DNA of 55,528 bases, filler included, from Sluysia triapertura (Eukaryota): the NCBI GenBank assembly GCA_046118255.1. It is 4 parts of 4 records of this genome, joined end to end, with 100 filler letters (N's around TTAATTAATTAA, not from the genome) between each part and the next. Parts side by side here need not be neighbours in the genome. Positions count along the whole stretch, not along the records: positions 38,700 to 55,528 come from JBJNIA010197376.1; 3 more parts are not named here. One strand, written 5' to 3'. The notes beneath the pieces are model-generated. The model had not been told where the DNA came from. It saw only the letters and a program-made list of their open reading frames with translations, and ran no database searches. This document shows positions 53,628 to 55,528 of the stretch, in pieces. The translations under genes and the position numbers were made by a program. Within the stretch, counting starts at the first letter, position 1. Each line of letters opens with the position of its first letter.

Positions 53628-54762
53628 GTTAGTTAATAATTCTGGCCTCAAATCATTTAAGAAACAATATTTAAAGGAATTAAAACAAAAGATTATATTT
53701 CATAAAGGTTTTAATGATAAAATCATAAAGTGAAGAAGTGCTTCTACCATAATCGATTATAACATCAACCATTTATAATCCAAGGTCAGCTGAGATAAAA
53801 AAACTTAATAGCATATGTATATTCTGGATGATTAATAATATCGTTACTACCTGACTTGGCTATGATTTTCAGGAAGACTAAGAATAAAATCCAAAGCATA
53901 CAATATTTAACATCTTTAATAAAATGTTATAAAAATATGTTCAATTGCATCATCATCACATATTGCAATTAACCTCAAATGCTGTTTGCCAATTTAGATA
54001 AATTTTAAGTGGAATCAATGAAAGTTGACTTGAAAGGACAGCGTAGACAATTTTAGTACAGATACCGATGCGGTAAGCCATTTTTCAGGTTAGAATTAGA
54101 TAATCATCATTTTCGTAATACAATTTAACTTTCAATCTACTAAAAAATACGTATGCTTTGTAAAGTTTAAACCAACCATATAAATAAACACTTTGACTAC
54201 TATATAAAACCATTTTCATGTAACACAATACTAGAAAATAACTAGTGAAATTTACACTCAAGTCATTTGGACCCGAGTGATAGGGATAATAATCTGAGTT
54301 ACTTCATGCGGAAACAAATTCATAGTAGTATTGAAAACCTCAACCAAAATGAATAATGAAAACTATTTTATTGGCTGAAAAATTCAATCCACTTAAATAG
54401 AAACAGAATTAGTATAGGCCAGAAATATGTATTCATAAGATTATTTCTTTTATTTCAGTGTGCTTACTTTCCTTTTCTGTACTAAACGTGCATTATTTTT
54501 ATTTAGGTCGCGAAATGAAAAACTTGGATTAATTTAATTATTAATTAATTTATATGTATTACATACATACATCTAGGCAATTTCGTTTTTACTCTAGACA
54601 ATTTTTTTGACAAAATCACCCAGATAAACCCACATGATGATGATGATGATGATGATTATTATTATTATTATTATTATTATTGAAGCCAAAATAAGCTTCA
54701 ATAATTATTAAACAATTTAATAAGTACTTTTAAAATATAATTGTAATTGTTTTAATATTCAG

Positions 54763-54901
54763 GATCTCGCTTTAATACTTCTTTTGAACGTGGTTTTGCT
54801 GTTCTTCATATATTATATTCTTTTAAAGAAGATGAAGGAGAATATTCTTCTGTTGCAAAAAATAATTTCGGAATGGATCAAACAACTCCGTCCATTTTAA
54901 A
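54763..54901 (+). CDS. Titin/kettin-like I-set Ig domain, C-terminal half (exon); gene continues beyond the window
   Basis: attcag|(G)SRFNTSFERGFAVLHILYSFKEDEGEYSSVAKNNFGMDQTTPSILK|gt; phase matches the previous exon; D.GEY..VA.N..G motif. Confidence 0.88.
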
Positions 54902-55528
54902 GTAAATAGAATATTCAAATGTGTATAATAAAAATAACGAAATGGTTTTAAATTATTTGTATAAATTATCAGTAAGATTCAAACAATTAACTTATTATAA
55001 GATGCCCCATAAACAAGTTCATTCTCAAAAAACATTTTATTAACAAATACACAAAATTTACCAAAAACAGAAATTTTATAAAACATAAAGTAACTTATTA
55101 ATCTACTTAATTTAAATAAATATATAATACTATTAAATCATTTAAAATACTTACTATTTGTACTCAGATATTACATTCAGCCAAACGATTTAAATATGTA
55201 CATACATCATAAATTATGTATATCAATTATTTGACATATTTATTAATTACATTACATAATTATAAATTAATTTCAAGTTTAAATTATATAAATTTAAATT
55301 ACTTTAAATTAATTTCATCACAATTCTTTAATATGACATTTGCCTTAGTAAAGTTTTTTTATAGTAATGCCAAATCATGTTTTAAAGTTATTTCTCTATG
55401 AATTTAAATTCAATCAAAACGGATCTAAAGAAGCTAAAAACATTAACATTTAGTTATATTCTTGCTTTGTTTGAAACTTTGAAAGACAACTTAAAATTTT
55501 ATTCACATTTCCATCTCTTATATATATA

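Overview
Very AT-rich eukaryotic (invertebrate-like) genomic scaffold with three N-gaps; introns of about 34-37 nt suggest a compact-intron animal genome (an orthonectid such as Intoshia would fit, but this is inference only). Host genes: a 2-exon LAMTOR2 (2983-3397, +), a 3-exon minimal DPY30-like gene missed by the ORF track (12188-12519, -), and three exons of a titin/kettin-like Ig-domain gene (51193-54901, +, incomplete). The rest is dominated by transposon debris: Ty3/Gypsy RNaseH-integrase and RT fragments, Tc1 and Tigger/pogo transposase relics, hAT and piggyBac MITEs, and at least 15 solo-LTR-like TG...CA elements (several with 4-bp TSDs) from about four diverged families. Most notable: (1) a ~140-bp TGTT...AACA element with 4-bp TSDs carrying a tRNA-like gene; (2) a shared, covarying stem-loop near the 3' end of all the diverged LTR families; (3) covarying hairpins at the LTR 5' terminus and around the TATA box; (4) heat-shock-element arrays in one LTR family; (5) a Pat1-like N-terminal motif in retroelement context. 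All alignments were made by eye.
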